A stretch of 22,295 nucleotides of DNA from Elusimicrobiota bacterium. Lineage in GTDB: Bacteria > Elusimicrobiota > Elusimicrobia > Elusimicrobiales > UBA9959. How positions within the stretch are numbered: the stretch's first letter is position 1; each line of letters begins with the position of its first letter. The translations under genes and the position numbers were made by a program. The DNA is taken from contig JBAXKK010000039.1 in the NCBI GenBank assembly GCA_037137395.1, positions 1 through 22,295 of the forward strand. The letters are read 5' to 3'. Shown in pieces: positions 20,256-22,295 of the stretch. The notes below the pieces were generated by a model. It saw only the letters and a list, made by a program, of their open reading frames with translations. It was not told where the DNA came from and searched no databases.

Positions 20256-21176
20256 GTGACCCGGGAACCATCTTCTTTTCGGGCGGGATTTGTAGCTATA
20301 ACGGGCCTGCCCAATGTCGGCAAATCCACGCTCCTTAACGCCCTGCTCGGGGCCAGGCTTTCGATTGTTTCGCCCAAACCCCAGACCACCCGCAACAACA
20401 TTATGGGTATCCTGAACACCGCCGGACATCAGACGGTGTTCGTGGATACGCCTGGAATGCTGACCCCCCGCAACCTTTTTGAGAAAAGCATGTCAGGCGC
20501 CATAAAACGCGCGGCGGCTGAAGAAAGCGACCTTGCGCTCCTGCTGGTAGAGCCACGCGTCCCGCCGGCCGACAAGCTGGAATTCTTTGAGAAATTCAAA
20601 TTTATCTCAGCCCCCTTGTATCTGGTAGTGAATAAAATGGACCTGGCCGGAAAGGGCTCGGCGGAAGCTGCCAGGACCGCGGAATTCTTTTCCGCGTCGC
20701 TCCCCGTAAAAAAAACTTTTTTTCTGTCAGCGCTTGGCGGGGCCGGAGTTAAGGAGCTCAGGGAAGATATTCTCTCAGCGATGCCGGAACATCCTGCATA
20801 TTATCCGGAGGACCAGATAACCGACCGCTGGGAGCGATTCTTCGCGGCGGAGGTTATACGCGAGCAGATCTTTAATCTTTTTTCGGAGGAGATCCCCTAC
20901 GCCTCAGCGGTGGAAATTGAAGTGTTCAGGGAGACAGAAGATATGCCGGACTATATTCTGGCGGCGATACATGTGGCACGGCCCACGCAAAAGCCTATCA
21001 TCATCGGCAAAGGCGGCAGGCAGATACGCATTCTGAGGGAGAAAGCCCAGACCGCGTTGGAGAAATTTCTCTGCCGGCCCGTGAAGCTCGAATTACAGGT
21101 CAAGGTAACCCCGGACTGGCAGAATAACCCGCAATTCCTGCAGGATATCGGCTTTTATGAAAAAAAGCAGCGTTGA
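20256..21176 (+). CDS. era: GTPase Era
   Basis: G1 GLPNVGKS, G2 PQTTR, G3 DTPG, G4 NKMD, E.IRE, EEIPY and the KH-domain IIIGKGG. Confidence 0.96.
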   Translation: MTREPSSFRAGFVAITGLPNVGKSTLLNALLGARLSIVSPKPQTTRNNIMGILNTAGHQTVFVDTPGMLTPRNLFEKSMSGAIKRAAAEESDLALLLVEPRVPPADKLEFFEKFKFISAPLYLVVNKMDLAGKGSAEAARTAEFFSASLPVKKTFFLSALGGAGVKELREDILSAMPEHPAYYPEDQITDRWERFFAAEVIREQIFNLFSEEIPYASAVEIEVFRETEDMPDYILAAIHVARPTQKPIIIGKGGRQIRILREKAQTALEKFLCRPVKLELQVKVTPDWQNNPQFLQDIGFYEKKQR

Positions 21177-21609
21177 TTTATTTTACGCCCTGGCGGTTTA
21201 CGCTGGAGTCTCGGTTCTTTTTATCACCGTGCAGTTAGTTTTTTCCGGCGCGCTGATCTACCTGCTTTCTCATACCGTAAGCGCGCGCCTGTTAAAGGCT
21301 GCCGCGTGCGACTCCGCGGGTTTCGCCTTCCTGACGGCAACCAGCACTGTTCTTCAGTATTTTCTCGCAAGCCTGCTTTCCCACAATCTCAGGGGAGGTT
21401 TAGGTCTTTCAGGCATAATTTTTTTCTCCGCCGCGATATCTTCCGCTTTTTTCCTCAGGCTGTCGGCACACTCCGCTTTTAGCTCCTATATGTTCGCCGT
21501 CTTACCCCTGATCGTTTCCTACCTGCTGGGTGCAATGATGGGTCTGCTTCAGAAAGAATCCGACAATCCCTTCCGCAATTCCAAATTTAATATTTTCAGG
21601 ATAGACTGA
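21157..21609 (+). CDS. Hypothetical membrane protein (about 4 TM)
   Basis: 150 aa, hydrophobic, overlaps the era stop by 20 nt. Confidence 0.6.
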   Translation: MKKSSVDLFYALAVYAGVSVLFITVQLVFSGALIYLLSHTVSARLLKAAACDSAGFAFLTATSTVLQYFLASLLSHNLRGGLGLSGIIFFSAAISSAFFLRLSAHSAFSSYMFAVLPLIVSYLLGAMMGLLQKESDNPFRNSKFNIFRID

Positions 21610-21733
21610 CACCGCGCTTTTACTAAAACAAAGCCGAGCGACCATAAAATGCGTAAGTTTTACGGAGGGGTGGCCCCCGACTGGGCATCCCGCGACTTCT
21701 ATACCAAATAAACCACTAGGCCCAGGCATTTTC

Positions 21734-22295
21734 TCACTTCCAGAGGCCGGGTATGGCGGCCGAACAATTACCGCAGAGACCCTTACCCTTTTTTGTGACT
21801 TTTACCGAGTTGTTCAGGATCTTGAAGCCGCGGCGCGTTACCAGCCCTTTGCCGCAGGACGGGCAGAGAGTATCCTCAAATCCCTGGCCGGGGATATTGC
21901 CGGTGTATATATATTTCAGGCCTTTCCTCAGCCCTATCTCCCTGGCTTTCAGCAGAGTTCCCGGAGGCGTGGCCTCCCGGTCGGTCATTTTATAGGTGGG
22001 ATAAAAAGCCGTGATATGCCAGGGAATATCTTTTGAAACTCCGGCGATAAAAGCGGCCAATGATTCAAGCTCCTTTTCTCCGTCGTTAAAACCGGGGATA
22101 AGCAGCGTGACTATTTCCAGCCAGAATCCTCTGGCATGTATCATCTCAATGGCCTTCAGCACATTAGTAAGTTCCCCTCCCGCCACCTTTAGGTAGTTAT
22201 CGGCGCTAAAAGTCTTCAGGTCCACTTTATAGATATCAACATGCGGCCTTACGTAATCCAGAACTTCCTCCGAGGCGTAGCCGTTAGAAACGTAT
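21734..22295 (-). CDS. amrS: AmmeMemoRadiSam system radical SAM enzyme, C-terminal part (5' end outside the window)
   Basis: Frame is open to the window edge (YVSNGY...KVDLK). LEIVTLLIPG.ND, PWHITAFYP.YKM, YIYTGN.PG and C-terminal CPSC...CGNC...IPG. Confidence 0.85.
   Translation of the reverse strand, partial: YVSNGYASEEVLDYVRPHVDIYKVDLKTFSADNYLKVAGGELTNVLKAIEMIHARGFWLEIVTLLIPGFNDGEKELESLAAFIAGVSKDIPWHITAFYPTYKMTDREATPPGTLLKAREIGLRKGLKYIYTGNIPGQGFEDTLCPSCGKGLVTRRGFKILNNSVKVTKKGKGLCGNCSAAIPGLWK

Noticed and set aside
21610..21733. Short hairpins between convergent genes (CGTAA/TTACG, GGGG/CCCC, CTGGGC/GCCCAG)
   Set aside because: Stems are only 4-6 bp, with no U-tract and no match to the other repeats.

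Overview
Bacterial chromosomal window of about 50-55% GC, apparently from a diderm anaerobe or fermenter. The protein style suggests Elusimicrobiota, which is an impression only. Housekeeping and metabolic genes: single-chain PFOR divergent from an NfnB-NfnA transhydrogenase pair, pepT, DUF47-PiT phosphate transport, an HI0933/YhiN flavoprotein, class II fba divergent from an atypical transketolase plus a PPC-domain gene, era, a membrane protein and a partial AmmeMemoRadiSam radical SAM gene. Accessory genes: an RHH/RelE toxin-antitoxin pair and an orphan secreted protein. The two most interesting signals are (1) a dispersed, highly structured non-coding element present twice (1-~427 on +, and ~15836-16033 inverted) with conserved blocks, a variable spacer and a long nested fold, and (2) an uncharacterised envelope module DUF3015 - DUF4105 (Cys/His catalytic domain plus probable beta-barrel) - lipoprotein alpha/beta hydrolase, with a terminator-like hairpin positioned so that the small DUF3015 protein would be made in excess. 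All calls come from reading the sequence by eye; no database searches were run.
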